Source: Microbotryum violaceum (taxonomy: Eukaryota). Taken from it: a stretch of DNA of 64,000 nucleotides. Numbering within the stretch: the first letter of the stretch is position 1; each line of letters begins with the position of its first letter. The DNA lies in contig LN717261.1 in NCBI GenBank assembly GCA_001244265.2, positions 620,001 through 684,000 of the forward strand. The letters are read 5' to 3'. Positions 22,693 to 52,874 of the stretch are shown here, piece after piece. The notes under the pieces were generated by a model. That model had not been told where the DNA came from and searched no databases. It was given only the letters and a program-made list of their open reading frames with translations. A program made the translations under genes and the position numbers.

Positions 22693-22780
22693 CATCATTA
22701 CATCACTACATCATTACATCACTACATCATTACATCACTACATCATTACATCACTACATCATTACATCATTACATCATTA
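22693..22780. repeat. (CATCATTA/CATCACTA)n 8/16-bp minisatellite
   Basis: Alternating CATCATTA and CATCACTA units, 11 octamers. Confidence 0.95.
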
Positions 22781-24123
22781 GCGGAGGGGATAAGGTGGCG
22801 TTGATGGAGGTGATTAGGTCACGTGCCGTCTCACCACGCTGATAGAACGGAGCGAGCCAAGCGAGCCTGAGCGCGAGTGAGCGACAGCGTTGCCGCTTGA
22901 CGCGCCGCTATCGATCACAGTCCTGGTCTTACTATTTTCTGTCCCCTTACGCTTTCAGTCGTATATCTTGATTCGAAGCCAACCGACCATACGATATGTT
23001 GCCTCTCCTGTCTGCTCCCGGCAACGCGTCAGCGTTTGCCGCTCCCACCCGCGGGCGAGGTTGGCGGGCGAAACAGGTGTTGCGTCGTTCGCGCGGTAGT
23101 CCACGTCATTTCGGTCGCCGCCTTTCGACGCTGAATAATACTCGAATGCAGAGCCTCGTCGCTGAGTCGAGCCGCCGCTCATCGGGTCCTTCTACCGTGG
23201 ACGTGCGCCACACAACCATCGATCTCGACGCATTCCGAAGGGAACTTGGCCTGACCCCCGATCCAGCCCCCGAGCAGGCCGAGCGAGACCGCGATGACAT
23301 GTATGAAAGACGAATGGAAGAACTTTGGGTTCACAATCGGAGCAGGAGGTCGAGGAAGAAGATGATGCTGAGCTCGGGGAAGGCGGCGGAGAGTCAGGCT
23401 CGACAAGGGGTGAAGACTCGGACGACCTCGAGATTCTCGACGAGCCCATGGACTACTAGTAGCTAGGGATGGTTTGGCGCATTTGTTGACTGTAGATTGT
23501 GGGCTATTGAAGGAATTTACTTTTTGTATGCGGCCCATATCGCACATGGTGGGATGTGGACGCCAAAGTGCACAAAAGTAAATCGAATGTCAGCCTTAAA
23601 TCAAGCGTTGACGCGTTGACGACCACGATCCCACGAGCCGGTCGCCACGGCCACAGTCGCCGAACGTCAGTGCTTGAAGGTTCTGCTAAGTTCAAGACTG
23701 AAAATTGGTGCACATCGGTGCTGACATTTTCGGGTTCAGGTTTGGGAACGTTGCCAGACCCGTGGGCCCGGGGGCGGGGGGGGGGGGGGGGAAGATTGGT
23801 GTTGTTGTAGTTGTTCTGTTCCAACAGCACCCCAAAGTGGGTCCAGACGCGTTCCGAGTGAACAACGGCACTCACTACTAGTACTAACACGCAGGACCTG
23901 AGGTCTTGGGTGCGTGACCCTGCACGCCCACCGCGCGTGTACCCCGAGGGTACGCAGCGGAGGTTGCAGTGGCGGAACACTCGTTGTACAGTGCTTGCGA
24001 TAATACGTCAGCAAGAATCGATGAAATACGTCACCGCATACTTTCTTCCGTTGACGTGATAGTTTATGTAGTCAAGTGAGCAGGGATATCGGTCCATCGG
24101 CCAAGGACCTTGTACTATAGGGG

Positions 24124-24272
24124 CTGTGTACTCCCGGGGGTACACAGTCATTCGGCGCGCGGGGTGTGGCCACTCCCGGGAGTACACAGCGGAAGAGTGG
24201 ACCGGCCCTGCGTGCCCCCGGGGGTACACAGGCGCTTTCCCGCTTGCGCCTTGTGTGCCCCGGGGGTACAAA
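24124..24272. repeat. Array of four ~24-bp palindromes (CTGTGTACYCCCGGGRGTACACAG) with 42-bp period and unrelated 18-bp spacers; more copies at ~23935-23956 and 24825-24889
   Basis: Palindrome centres at 24135/6, 24177/8, 24219/20 and 24261/2; second pair at 24835/6 and 24877/8. Confidence 0.9.
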
Positions 24273-24324
24273 GCCGGTCACCGGTGGCAGATCACTGTAT
24301 AATAACATATATGATTCTCCAACG

Positions 24325-24790
24325 GCGGGAGGTTAATCCTTTCGGTAACTTCAGACACATCCTGGACTTTGAGCGGGTGCATGGAAGTTCGTTGTAGGCA
24401 GTTTTGCTCTGCTCTGCTCGGTGGTTCGAACGAAGAATTCAGCTTGGGAAGTGCGTTAGCCTTGCAGGCTTTTCAGAGTGCAAGTCGGATGTAGCAAACA
24501 AATGTTTCGTCGGTCTTGTCGCAGGAGATTATTACATCCCGTACCTGCAGACACATCCTGAGCTTTGAGCAGGTGCGTGGAAGTTAGTTGTAGTGCAGTT
24601 TCGCTCTGCTCGGTGGTTTGAACGAAGAATTCAGCTAGGGAAGTGCGTTGGCCTTGCGAACTTTTCAGAATGCAACCCGGATGTAGCAAACGAATTTTCA
24701 TCGATCTCGTCGCAGGAGGTTATTCCATTCAGTAACTGCAGACATATCCTGAGCTTTGAACGGGTGCGTGGAAGTTTGTTGTAGTGCAGT
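24325..24790. repeat. ~192-bp degenerate tandem repeat x2.4
   Basis: GGAG(G/A)TTA..CAGACACATCCTG..CTTTGAGC.GGTGC.TGGAAGTT recurs at ~24328, ~24522 and ~24713. Confidence 0.85.
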
Positions 24791-25157
24791 CAGCAAGGGC
24801 ATTGGTGACGGACCGCGCCTGAGCCGTGGAACCCCGGGAGTACACAGCTGGAGAGGGCACCGGTCATGTGTACCTCCGGGGGTACACACCGCCATGCCGG
24901 TTGTACAGTGCTTGTTAAGAGTGTCATAGAATTGATGAAGCATTTCGTCGCATACCGCTTCCTCATTTCCGAAGGCGCGGGACTCTGTTGTAGTGTATCT
25001 ACGCCCTGCCCTAAGGTTTAAAATTGAACAAGAGTTTCCGCCTTCGGAGTGCGTTGTACCCTCGGGTGAATCATGGTTGCAGTGCAGGATCTCCATTGAC
25101 ACAACATAAAAGCTAGACGGCTGCACACGCTCACGGAAAACTCGAGACGGTCATCGC

Positions 25158-25640
25158 CTAACCGGTGAATTGACACTCATGGTGCTTCATGTCCCAGTAT
25201 CCAGGCCGCGCTCCAGCTCGCTCAGGCTGGTCAGCTCGGAGAGGGCGGAGAGGTTGCTTTCGGCCTCCGAGCCGGCTGCTGATCTGTGGTCGGAGGCCGG
25301 TCGCCGAACTGTATTCCGATATCGCGTCCTCCTCTCGTGCCCCTGAGGTCGACGCGGCACCCTCTCCACCAAACCCCTTCTTGCGCATCCAACAATACGC
25401 GTCCCTCTGTTTGCTCGACAGCGCCAACCACCTGTGGGCACACTCAACAATCCAGGAGTCCCAGATCTTCTTCCTTTCGGGCTCGAGGTCCGCATCGGTG
25501 GGCGGCTTGGGAGGTTCGGGAACGTGGGCGAGCACCTTCGTTGCAAATGGTCTGAGCGCTGCTTGCCAGGTGCGATGTTCGCTTTCTAACTGATCCCAGT
25601 ACTCGTCCGGGACACGTTTCCCGAGAAAAGGGCGGTACAC
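25158..25640 (-). CDS. Hypothetical protein or exon with an HMG-box-like helix
   Basis: 160-aa ORF of globular composition; IVECAHRWLALSSKQRDAY resembles HMG-box helix 3. No clear start codon. Confidence 0.35.
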   Translation of the reverse strand: MYRPFLGKRVPDEYWDQLESEHRTWQAALRPFATKVLAHVPEPPKPPTDADLEPERKKIWDSWIVECAHRWLALSSKQRDAYCWMRKKGFGGEGAASTSGAREEDAISEYSSATGLRPQISSRLGGRKQPLRPLRADQPERAGARPGYWDMKHHECQFTG

Positions 25641-27398
25641 TATGGTATAGCAAAGCGGTCGATCAAAGATGTAATGGAATGATAAGGGGAAACGATGGAA
25701 CCGAGACCGAAGACGAGGGAGAGACGAGATACGAGAGACGGGAGAGAGCGACCGGAACAGCCGAGAGACGAGAGACGAGAAAGGGGTCCAAACCGAGGAA
25801 CGAGACCGAGAACGAGAACGAAACGCTGAGACCGGAGACTGGAGACGAGAGACTTGAAACCCGCAGAAAGTGAGAACCAGTTAAGATGCTGTATTGGATC
25901 CTAGAAGTGGTCTAGCTAAGAACAAGAAGCAAACTCCCCTCAAACGTTCCGACCATTCAAACCGCTGCGCTCCTTTCATTCCCCTTCATCCCTTCGTCCG
26001 CGCATCCGGCCCGGTCTTCCACTCAAATCCCGTCACATGATTCGTCGCTGACAGTCAAGTCCGAGTCACCGAGGTACTGAGTTTATCCGGGACCGCTTAA
26101 CCGCTGAGAAATCTGCCAAAACCGGCGTTTGGTAGATCCCTGCCCGGACTAGTGGAAATTGAAACGACTCCCGACTTGGCCCTCGAAACGACTTCGGAAC
26201 TCGACCCTGCTTCGACCGATACGACTTCGGAACTCCATCCTGCTTCAACCGAAACAATTTCGCTACAACCGCTGCTTCCGACGGAATTCCAAGTACCACA
26301 GACCCCCGCTAAAACCGGAATGACTCCTGACGGGGCCCGCTACGTCGGAAATGTCTCCCGCGGAATCCCGAGACACCCTGAGTCCGGCCCGGTCTGTCGG
26401 AAATGCCTCCGACGGGATCCCGGGTACCACAACACCTTTTGGATCCATCTTAAAAGGCGGTCACTCCCCTCCTGGTCATCGTCGGTCCTTATTTCGTCCT
26501 CAGGGAGGGGGCGTTGGCACTCTTGGTACAGGGGTGAAAGGATTTCACGGAATAGGCGCGATTCCTCATGTTTGGCGGCAATGTCGATGGGGACGGTGAA
26601 GATGCGCGCGAGGATGTCGTCGAAGTTTTGGATGCGGGTCCTATACTCCTTCAAAACTCTCGCGCTCCCTCCACCTCTCTTTTGTTTCGGCCCCAGCGCA
26701 AAACGCGATATACTGGCGCAGAAGCGCTGGCCGTTCCAAGCTCCTTAGACGAGCGTCGTTAAACACGAACTGCTTGTACGTTTCTTGCTTCGACTGACCA
26801 CGTGTGGCTGGTTCAAAACTTTCGACTTGGCGCAGATCAGCTTTTTATTTATTTTTATACTGGGGCTCATAAATTGCAATCCTTCGGGTTGGCTGGGACC
26901 GCTACAAAAGAGCTAGAAGGGATTATAAAGGAACGACGGCAAGCAGTTGGGTGAAAGTCAAACCCCTGCGCGCAAAGAGCGCTGCGCAGATCAAAACCCG
27001 CCGAGCACCTAACGCGGACTCCAACGGGCGGTGAGTACTGCTGCCGCTTCACGTCCCAAGAGCGGGAGCGAAGATACTCGAAAACCAGGCAAGAGCGCCT
27101 AGAGAAAGAAGGGGGAGAATATACAGAAAATCACGACTAGAAACATAGAGAACCAGGAATACTAAGACAGAGAGGAGGGGAACACACCCGAGGGGCCAAG
27201 GGAGGGGGTCGAAGCCGGAGATAAAGGTCCCCAGGGACTAACAGGCCGCAGCCAAGCCCCAGCTACTCGTCACCCCGACAGCGCCTGATGGCCTCCCTCG
27301 GCTGAATCTCGAGTGCTGGCTGTTGAGCCGTCGGGGCCGAGCGAAAAGCGATCCAATACAACGAAACGAAACGAGCCTCGCCTTGACGCGAGGATATT

Positions 27399-27686
<288 letters not shown>

Positions 27687-27698
27687 GGTTATGAGCCC
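27687..27698 (+). promoter_or_regulatory. Primer-binding site GGTTATGAGCCC (copia/Ty5-type, internal initiator tRNA-Met fragment priming)
   Basis: Directly after the LTR CA; matches the GGTTATGRGCCC PBS of copia/Ty5-like elements. Confidence 0.85.
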
Positions 27699-27705
27699 AT
27701 CATAG

Positions 27706-29403
<1,698 letters not shown>

Positions 29404-29406
29404 TGA

Positions 29407-31156
<1,750 letters not shown>

Positions 31157-31159
31157 TGA

Positions 31160-31351
<192 letters not shown>

Positions 31352-31384
31352 TGACTGGGAAGTCGATTGGAGCGTTTGTCTCAC

Positions 31385-32445
31385 TGAAGTCAAGGAGACC
31401 ACAAACATACGTACTCTGGTGTACCATGATGTATTCGGAAGTGCGATGGAACTCTAGGCCGAGGAAAGTTTTGACAGGACCGAGTCGTTTAAGCGAGTAT
31501 ACCGGATTGAATGCAGATAGTTCATCATTGAGGAACTGTTGGTCGTTCAAAGCAGCGAGTCCATCGTCGGCGTAAAGTGATACGAAAATGAACCGGCGAC
31601 CTTTGCTTTTGATGTAGAGACAAGCGTCCGACGTAGAGCAATGAAAGCCACGAGTCTTCATGAGGTCATCGACTGCGGCATACCATTGACGAGGAGCTTG
31701 CTTCATTCCATACATTGACTTGAGGAGTTTGAGGACTGAACCGGGCTTGTGTGCAAGCGGCCAGCCATCAGGAACCTTGATATAGACATCTTCCGTCATC
31801 GTGCCATTGAGAAAGGCTGAATCATAGTCGAACTGTTCAAGGACGAGGCCTTGGGCAGCGGCGATAGCGATGAGGAACAGGATGGTAGAAAGTGAAGCAA
31901 CGAGAGGAAAGTTGTTGATGAAATTGAGACCATACGTTTGTGAATAGCCTTGAACAACAAGACAAGCCTTGTACTTGGTGATATTTCCTTGTGCATCTTC
32001 TTTACGTGTGTAGATCCAACAAACACCCTGAGCGCGCATACCAGTTGGAAGAGTAGCGGAAGCGAAAACCTTGAATTCGACGAATTTCGCAATCTCGGCG
32101 GCTGTCCAGAAAGGAGCTTCGATGGAGGCCATAGCTTCTTCATGAGTACGAGGTAGTGCGAGGTTGGTGGGTGAAACACGGGCAACAAGTTCAGGAGGAT
32201 CGAGATAGATGTGATCTGTATCGATGACCAAGTAAGCAGCAAGGCGACGTTAACGGCGGGAACCAGCGGGCAAGATATTATCCTTGGTGATGTTTTCTAG
32301 AGGACCCGGATTGCGACCGACGTTGTAAGGACAATATTCATGGCCATCATTAGGGTAAGTAAGATTGTCAGCTTCATTATCGGACACAGGATCAGGTGTC
32401 ACTGGCCTAGAAGGATGATCATCATCATCTCCAGCTAGAGTGCTA
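31385..32445 (-). mobile_element. Ty1/Copia element 2, RT fragment (inverted, abutting Copia 1)
   Basis: LPRTHEEAM, YKACLVVQGYSQ, FDYDSAFLNG, MYGMKQAPRQW, LYADD, LGLEF; sequence distinct from Copia 1. Confidence 0.9.
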
Positions 32446-32742
32446 CATCAGCAAAATGGCCAAACGCGCGTAAGCGCGCGAAACCTCGTAAAGCAGTCGT
32501 TAAGCGGCCTAAAGCTGCTCTTAAGCGCCCTTAACCACTTGTTAAGCCGCGCGCGCGTTAAGTGTCGCTTAAGTGTACCCTAGATAAGGGACTCTTACGG
32601 CGCACTTACGGCGCGCATACGGCGCGCTTTGTTTGCATACGTAAAGCGGTCCGTAAGCGCTCTTATGCGCATCTTATGCACCATTAAGCGCGCGTAATCT
32701 CGGACAAGTTGTACGTGATGAACCTTCGCCGCCTGCGCTCCT

Positions 32743-35700
32743 AGTCGGGGGGGACTGGAATTGTGTTGAGTCCCAGCCCCTCGATTCGGAGAACCAAAAC
32801 GGAACGAATTATGGGGGTCAGGAGATGCGCGACCTTGCCACGGCCAACAATCTTTTTGACGCCTATCGGCTCCATCATCCCAAAGGACATGGCACGACGA
32901 ATCGCTCAGCGCCCGGCACGTGCCGTCGCCTTGATCGCATCTATGTCTCGCCTGATTGGGTCGACCTCTTCCATGATCACAAAATTTGGGCTCCTGTCCT
33001 CAAATCGACGCACTCAATGGTTGTGGCACGGTTCCAAGTGCCGGGCGCAATCGACATCGGTCCGGGCAAATTCAAGCTAGGTTTGCACGTGATCGAGGGC
33101 GAGGCGATCTGCGAGTACCTCACCTCCATTGTCCGCACCCTTTACAACAAAGCCTTCCTCCAGACGCCCAACGATCCACCAAACACCGCCTGCTGCCCGA
33201 GCTGCAGGCTCTGGCCCGGACTTTCGCTCGGTTCCGTCGTGGCGGGTCAGAGCAAGAGAGGGCTGACCACTCGCGCTACGGCGCGGCCTTGCGGTCCCGC
33301 CTCGACCCATCTGTTGTGGATTTGGACTTGGAGTACCAATGAATGAATGAAGATTTGCTGTAGCTACACGGCGTTGATAGATGACCTATTGTGAGATAGA
33401 GTATCGCCAAGGTCAATCAACTTGTAGCAGGCAAATGGGCGAGGTAGATATCGAGTGTGTGTCTAAATCTATTACAACTAACCTATTGTGAGATAGAGTA
33501 TTGCCAAGGTCAATCAACTTGTAGCAGGCGAATGGGCGAGATAGATGTCGAGTGTGTGTTAAAGAAGAAGGAGAGAGTGAACGAGACCAGAGCCTTAGAT
33601 AGTATCCGCGTGCAAGCCACCTCTGAGTCCAATCAATACGCCACACCGCCATCTGCCTCCATCCGGCGCCGCGCCACGCGCGCGCCAACTTCCCAATGCC
33701 ACAAGTCCCTCTGGACCGCTGACCCTTTACTAACTTCCCACAACACCATCTCTGGCGGGTCCCTCTTCCATCTTCATCCGCCTGCGCAAAGTGCGAGCAT
33801 CCGACCTGATCCCTTCGCTCACGGTCAACGATGTTGTTCATTCCGACCCTGATTCGATGCTTGGAGCGGCCAGCGACTACTTCGAGCGGGTCTATGAGGA
33901 CCGCCCCATCGATGACGCGGCCCTGAAGGCGATCATCGACGGCTTCGCTTCAACTCGCCTCTCCCCGCGGACTCACTCAAGCTCGAGGAAGCGTACCCGT
34001 TGGAGGAGATGACAAAGGCTCAAGCTGCGTTCCTCTGCGCCGTTGGCCTCGGCCCCAAAGCCCGCCAATGGTACCGAGCGACCTACACCAACCAATCTGC
34101 CTCGATCTTCCTCAACGGTTGGCTCTCTGCCACTTTCGACATCCTGTCGGGCGTTCAGCAAGGTGATCCTTTGGCTCCGCCTCTCTTCGTCCTGACGATC
34201 GAAGGTTTTGCCTGTCAGATTCGATTGAGAGTCAAGGGCATCGATATTGCGGGCCTCCAAAACGTTCGCGAACTCCTTATTGCCGACGACGCTTGCTGCG
34301 CACTCCACAACCTCTCGGACCTCGACCACCTCAATCGGGCGATCGAGCTTTACGAACGGGCAAGTGCCAGCAAGCTCAGCAACGTCAAATCTTTCCTCTA
34401 CCCCCTTGGAGCTTTTCGGGATCGGTCGATCACCCCAGATCTCGGGACCTGGCGTCTCAGCGATTCGCAGTTTCGCTACCTTGGTATTCAGGTCGGGGTG
34501 GAGATTGCTGAGGATGCGGGCTGGGAAGATGTCAAGGCCTTGACCATCGCTCGGATACGCTTGATTCCGATGTAGGATCTCCCATATGCAGCCAAGTGTT
34601 CGATCATCAACATCTACTGCTACACAAAGATCTTGTACTACAGCCGATTCCTTCCCGCCCCCAAGAGCGTTGTCAAGGAGATCGAGGAGGCCGCCATGCT
34701 CGCCATTCACGGTCGAGCTTCGGATGGTACTCAGCGACGTCCGAAGGTCTCCCGGTCGCGCCTCTGCACCCCTCTTGATCACGGCGGCTTCGGTTTGATT
34801 GATCTGCCTCGGCGTCTAGCAATCGATCACGCGAAGTGGGTCTTCCAGCTCCGGGCCCCGGACGGCTGCTTCACACGCCACCTCTTCGACATCCGCATCC
34901 GCCTCCAGGCACCAAACGAACCAACCCCTTTCACCTTGTCCAGACCGGCCCCCAACCAGCATCGTTCCCCTTGGATTTGGATCTGGTGGGCTTACTTTTG
35001 CCATCCTCCCCCAAAGTGGGACCACGCGGTGAGAAAAACGACAAAACTTCTTCCTGCTCGTTGGGTCCGATACTTCGAAGCCTGGGCGTTGGTGACCACG
35101 CTCAATCCCCCGGAACTCTCCAAGAGCCAGAACCTCGAGCAATGGGCGACGCACGTACTCTATTTCCCAGCGGGCCACGGAATACAACTCTCGGTAAACC
35201 CGACGCTTTTTCGAGGGCCCGATGGCGAGGTGATGACCCCGTCTTCGTTTGTGAACGCGTCCAAACGCCACCAAGTCTTCATCTTCCCCCTTATCTTCCC
35301 CAAGGGACACCAGAAGGTATTCGATCTGCCTGAGCAACGCTGGAACGCTTGGTGGAAGGCTTTGCACAAGGTTCGCCGGGTTCACTCGGACGCCAAGGAT
35401 ACCGGCCACCTTCTCTCCCTGGGTCCCTCCATCCGGGAAGCCAAGTCGCCTCCCCAACCAGCCCACATCCCAACAATCGATCTACCTCCTGTGTGATGTG
35501 CCTCTCGGAAGCACCCGAGTGCCTGGTTCACCTCGCGGTCGGCTGCCCATTTGCCCGGCGCCTCTGGTCTGCTCTGTCCCCGACCCCCACCCAGTCTTTG
35601 TGGACTTTGTATGCCCGGTTGTGTCTCGCTCGGAACGTCGACTTGTCGAACTACGAGTCCTCTTCTTTCACTCGATCTGGAAGCTCTGTCGCCGTCGTCG

Positions 35701-35783
35701 ATTCTCGTCGGATCTTTTGGAACCGATCACCGGGGCTTCGAGCCTCTATCCAGGAGTCCAAGGGTCGCCTAGTGTCTCTGTAA
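32743..35783 (+). mobile_element. L1/Tx1-like non-LTR retrotransposon ORF2 fragment (AP endonuclease, RT with internal deletion, C-terminal zinc knuckle), pseudogenised
   Basis: GGDWNC..LFDAYR..RRLDRIYVS..STHSMV (APE); GVQQGDPLAPPLF, LIADDA, FRYLGI (RT); GGFGLIDL; CVMC..E...HL.VGCPFARRLW. Confidence 0.88.
33312..33648. mobile_element. Solo-LTR-like insertion (337 bp) in the LINE with 5-bp TSD CCATC; internal ~97-bp tandem duplication
   Basis: TGTTGTGG...CCACACCG termini; CCATC at 33307-33311 and 33649-33653. Removing it restores the LINE frame RLDPS-ASIRRR. Confidence 0.75.
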
Positions 35784-36000
35784 GACACCAAAGGGGGTTT
35801 TAGTGGGAATGGTTGATCCTGGTTCAGGGCCAATGAGTCCTACACTACTGGCTTCTGCCAGTGTGCGTAACAGCATTCCCTCCGACTTTTCCGAAGATTT
35901 CTAGGTATTAATATAATTATGCTGTTAATGAAGTCTATCAAATAAATAAGATACGGGCGAATCCTTAAGCGGGTTTGCGCGCGTGGCCATTTTGCTGATG

Positions 36001-37305
36001 TCGGAGCGGGACTAACCGGTGTTACTGGGCGAGGTGCAACAGCAGGACCAGGTACATCTGCGCAAGGTGCTACAGGGAGGTGGAGATCGTCCTCAAGTTC
36101 GATAAACTTTTGATCAGGTCGAAGCTGAGGAACCATTTCGTACTCGTAAAGATGTTCGACGACAAAATCGCGAGGATCAGACTGGATGTCAGTGATCGGA
36201 GTAGACGAGGTCGAGGGAATGTCCGAAAATATCACATCTCGAGTAATAATGACCTTGGGTGTGGTGTTTTGATTGACAAGGATGAGATAGTTGTATCCAC
36301 GTATTCACCGCTGTATCCAAGAAAGATGCCCTTTTGTGAATGATTGCTCAACTTCTTGCAAAGTACCCTAGGTAGTACTAGTGCATAGGCAGTAGAACCG
36401 AAGGTGCGAAGATGCGAAACGTCGGGCTTGTGACCAGTGTAGAGTTCATACGGTGTCTTGCGCTTAGAAGGATGAAGCGAGCGGTTGAAAGCAAACATGG
36501 CCGATGCGAGAGCGTAAGACCAGTACTTTCCGGGAAGACCAGCGTACTTGAGCATTGCACAAACGAGTCAAAAAGGGTGCGGTTAGCTCGTTCGGCTTTA
36601 CCATTTTGTTGCGGGGTGTAACGTGCGGTAGTTTCGTGTGTGATACCAAGACGACGGAACTCATCACCGAGAAGTCGATTGACAAACTCAGTACCATTGT
36701 CGGAACGAACAAACTTGACCTTTTGACCAGTCAGGCGTTCGGCGTAGGTGATAAACGAATTCCATGCTTCGAGTACGACGGCGGCTGTCTTGGAGACAAG
36801 CGGATAGGTGAACTTTGTGTTTGAGAACTGATTGACGATAACAAGATGGATCGATCGGCCTTGGAAGTCTTCATAGTTGACAAATCCCAAATCCATAGAG
36901 ATGCGATACAGAACGTGATCTGCCCCCCGGGATTGTTGATTATGAGGAGTTGCCGTCATTTGAGTAAGGATGCACGATTCGCAGTCAACGACAGTTGTGT
37001 CAGTCAAACGAAGGCCAGTGACCGCTCCCGCACAATGCAGGGCGAGGAGCGAAAGTTGCGAAATATGGTTGAAAAACAAGTGCCAAGAATAGAGCGAAGC
37101 GCTAGTCGATGATCAAGTGAAAGCATCGACAGGTTCTTCAGGGACCACAGTGAAGTTGAAGTTGTAATCTGTGTCGATTTTGGTGCTGGCAACAATGCTA
37201 TTGCCAACATGCACGTTGATAGTTGAACCATCATCTCCGAACGATAGTTTAGCTCCGGCGATACGGAGTGCCTTGATAGTCTTTTTGGCCTTTGCTGCAA
37301 GGTTT
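36001..37305 (-). mobile_element. Ty1/Copia element 2, integrase fragment (5'-truncated)
   Basis: DCESCIL, MDLGF, VRSDNGTEF, TPQQNGKAERANRTL, TPYELYTGHKPDVSHLRTFGS, GIFLGYS; continues into 32445-31385. Confidence 0.9.
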
Positions 37306-37519
37306 TGACACGGACAGCTCAAGGGCACTGGTCTCGGCCTAACGGGGCCCGCTCGCGATCCACTCTTCGAACACGCATTCTTTGGACCCTGTGCCAGCAC
37401 GCACTCTTCCCGGCCCCCTTGGGCCTCCCGCCTTGCTCACCTGCTGGCGCGCGCGGGCCCTTCCTCTCCCTCGTCGTCCCGCACGCCTCAGCGTTTCGTG
37501 TTGTGGTTCCGTGTCATGA

Positions 37520-37848
<329 letters not shown>

Positions 37849-37851
37849 TAG

Positions 37852-42972
<5,121 letters not shown>

Positions 42973-42984
42973 ACCCGGGGGTGA

Positions 42985-43176
<192 letters not shown>

Positions 43177-43262
43177 TAGAAATCGCTCTTGTCTTCCTTC
43201 TGCAATCTTGATCTCATAGTCAACTCCCCCAGTAACCTCCAACTCCCTCGGCTCTGTTCTAG

Positions 43263-46600
<3,338 letters not shown>

Positions 46601-47719
46601 ACCAGGGGTTGGACGAGGCGTATCGGATTCCTCAAACGTGAAAACCATGGCCGTTGGTCGTTATAGCTTTCCTTCCTAAAGTGGAAAGTGAGTATCGCCC
46701 GGGGCTTCTATTTTGCCAACGGTGGGCTGGCTGTTGCTAATGCTGTGGCATCCACCTCCCACTCAAATCCAAGGGGCGGACAAAGGCAATGACAAGATGT
46801 TCCGTATATACAAACGCAGGATGCTCCATCGAGCTCCGATGTCTTTTGGACCGGTATCTGTTGACTATCCGGAGGCGTGTTGGCTTACATCCCTTGTTCA
46901 GGGCTACGTTCCTTGGTAGGTGGACGACAGCTAGCGTTTGATCGCCTGCAGAGTTGACTTACATGGGCTCACTCTGTTTGCGCTGCTAGCTGTGTACAAG
47001 AGCCACTCAAGCTTCAAGAAGGCCCTGCCGCCCCTCGTACGAGTGCCAATGCCTACCAAATGTCACTAGCCGCGATCATTATCTCATTATATGTATGTAT
47101 ATATATCCTTCCGTTCTACTCATAATGGCACGGCTTAGGATCGACGACCTCACTCCTCTTCTTGCAGCTGCTCAAAATAAACCATGACCAATGTGAGTGT
47201 TCTGATGACAAGGAAGGGTCCGATGCAGTTTGGGAGAGCCCATACCTTGAGCAATTGACTCCAACATCAGATTTGTATTGCGAGCCAGGCATTGAGTAAA
47301 AGGCTTCAGCGAAGCCGCGCAGCTTTGAAAAAAGATTCTTCCCTCTTGCGCTTCGATCAGCGAGGGCTTGGGGCGCTTTTGGATATAGCGGCAATTGATC
47401 GAACGGCCAATGTACGTGTTTGATACCTTGGCAAGCAAGCAACGACCTCGAGTGCCTCAGACACCGGCAGAGGGGGAGTAGGGTCGAACCTTACGACCCT
47501 CGGGAGTCTCATTGGCGGCGCATCTGGCATCGAACCAATCGTTGCAATTGACGGTGCCGGGTTGGGCCGCGGGCTTCGTGAAATCATCGGAGAAGTACAT
47601 TGAGCGTCGGGATTGCGCTCAGATGTGTACATTGTGCCGATCGAAGAGTCAATCAGAACGGGGGTCGGCGCGCAAAATTCAATGCCGGGCGATCCCGATC
47701 CCAAGGGCTTCTCTTCGAG

Positions 47720-52869
<5,150 letters not shown>

Positions 52870-52874
52870 TCGAG

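Larger units (their letters stand above)
32446..36000. mobile_element. TIR-bounded non-autonomous DNA element (hAT-like ends) inserted in Copia 2
   Basis: 17-bp perfect inverted repeats CATCAGCAAAATGGCCA (32446-32462) and TGGCCATTTTGCTGATG (35984-36000); TAAGCGC/TTACGGCGC subterminal repeats. Copia 2 pol continues on both sides. No TSD seen. Confidence 0.75.

Noticed and set aside
22996-23466. Acidic ORF fragment as a gene
   Set aside because: Frameshifted, low-complexity and without diagnostic motif; possibly a TE C-terminal relic.
24124-24272. True CRISPR array
   Set aside because: Eukaryotic context, no cas genes, degenerate repeats and spacers of only 18 bp; kept as a phased palindrome array.
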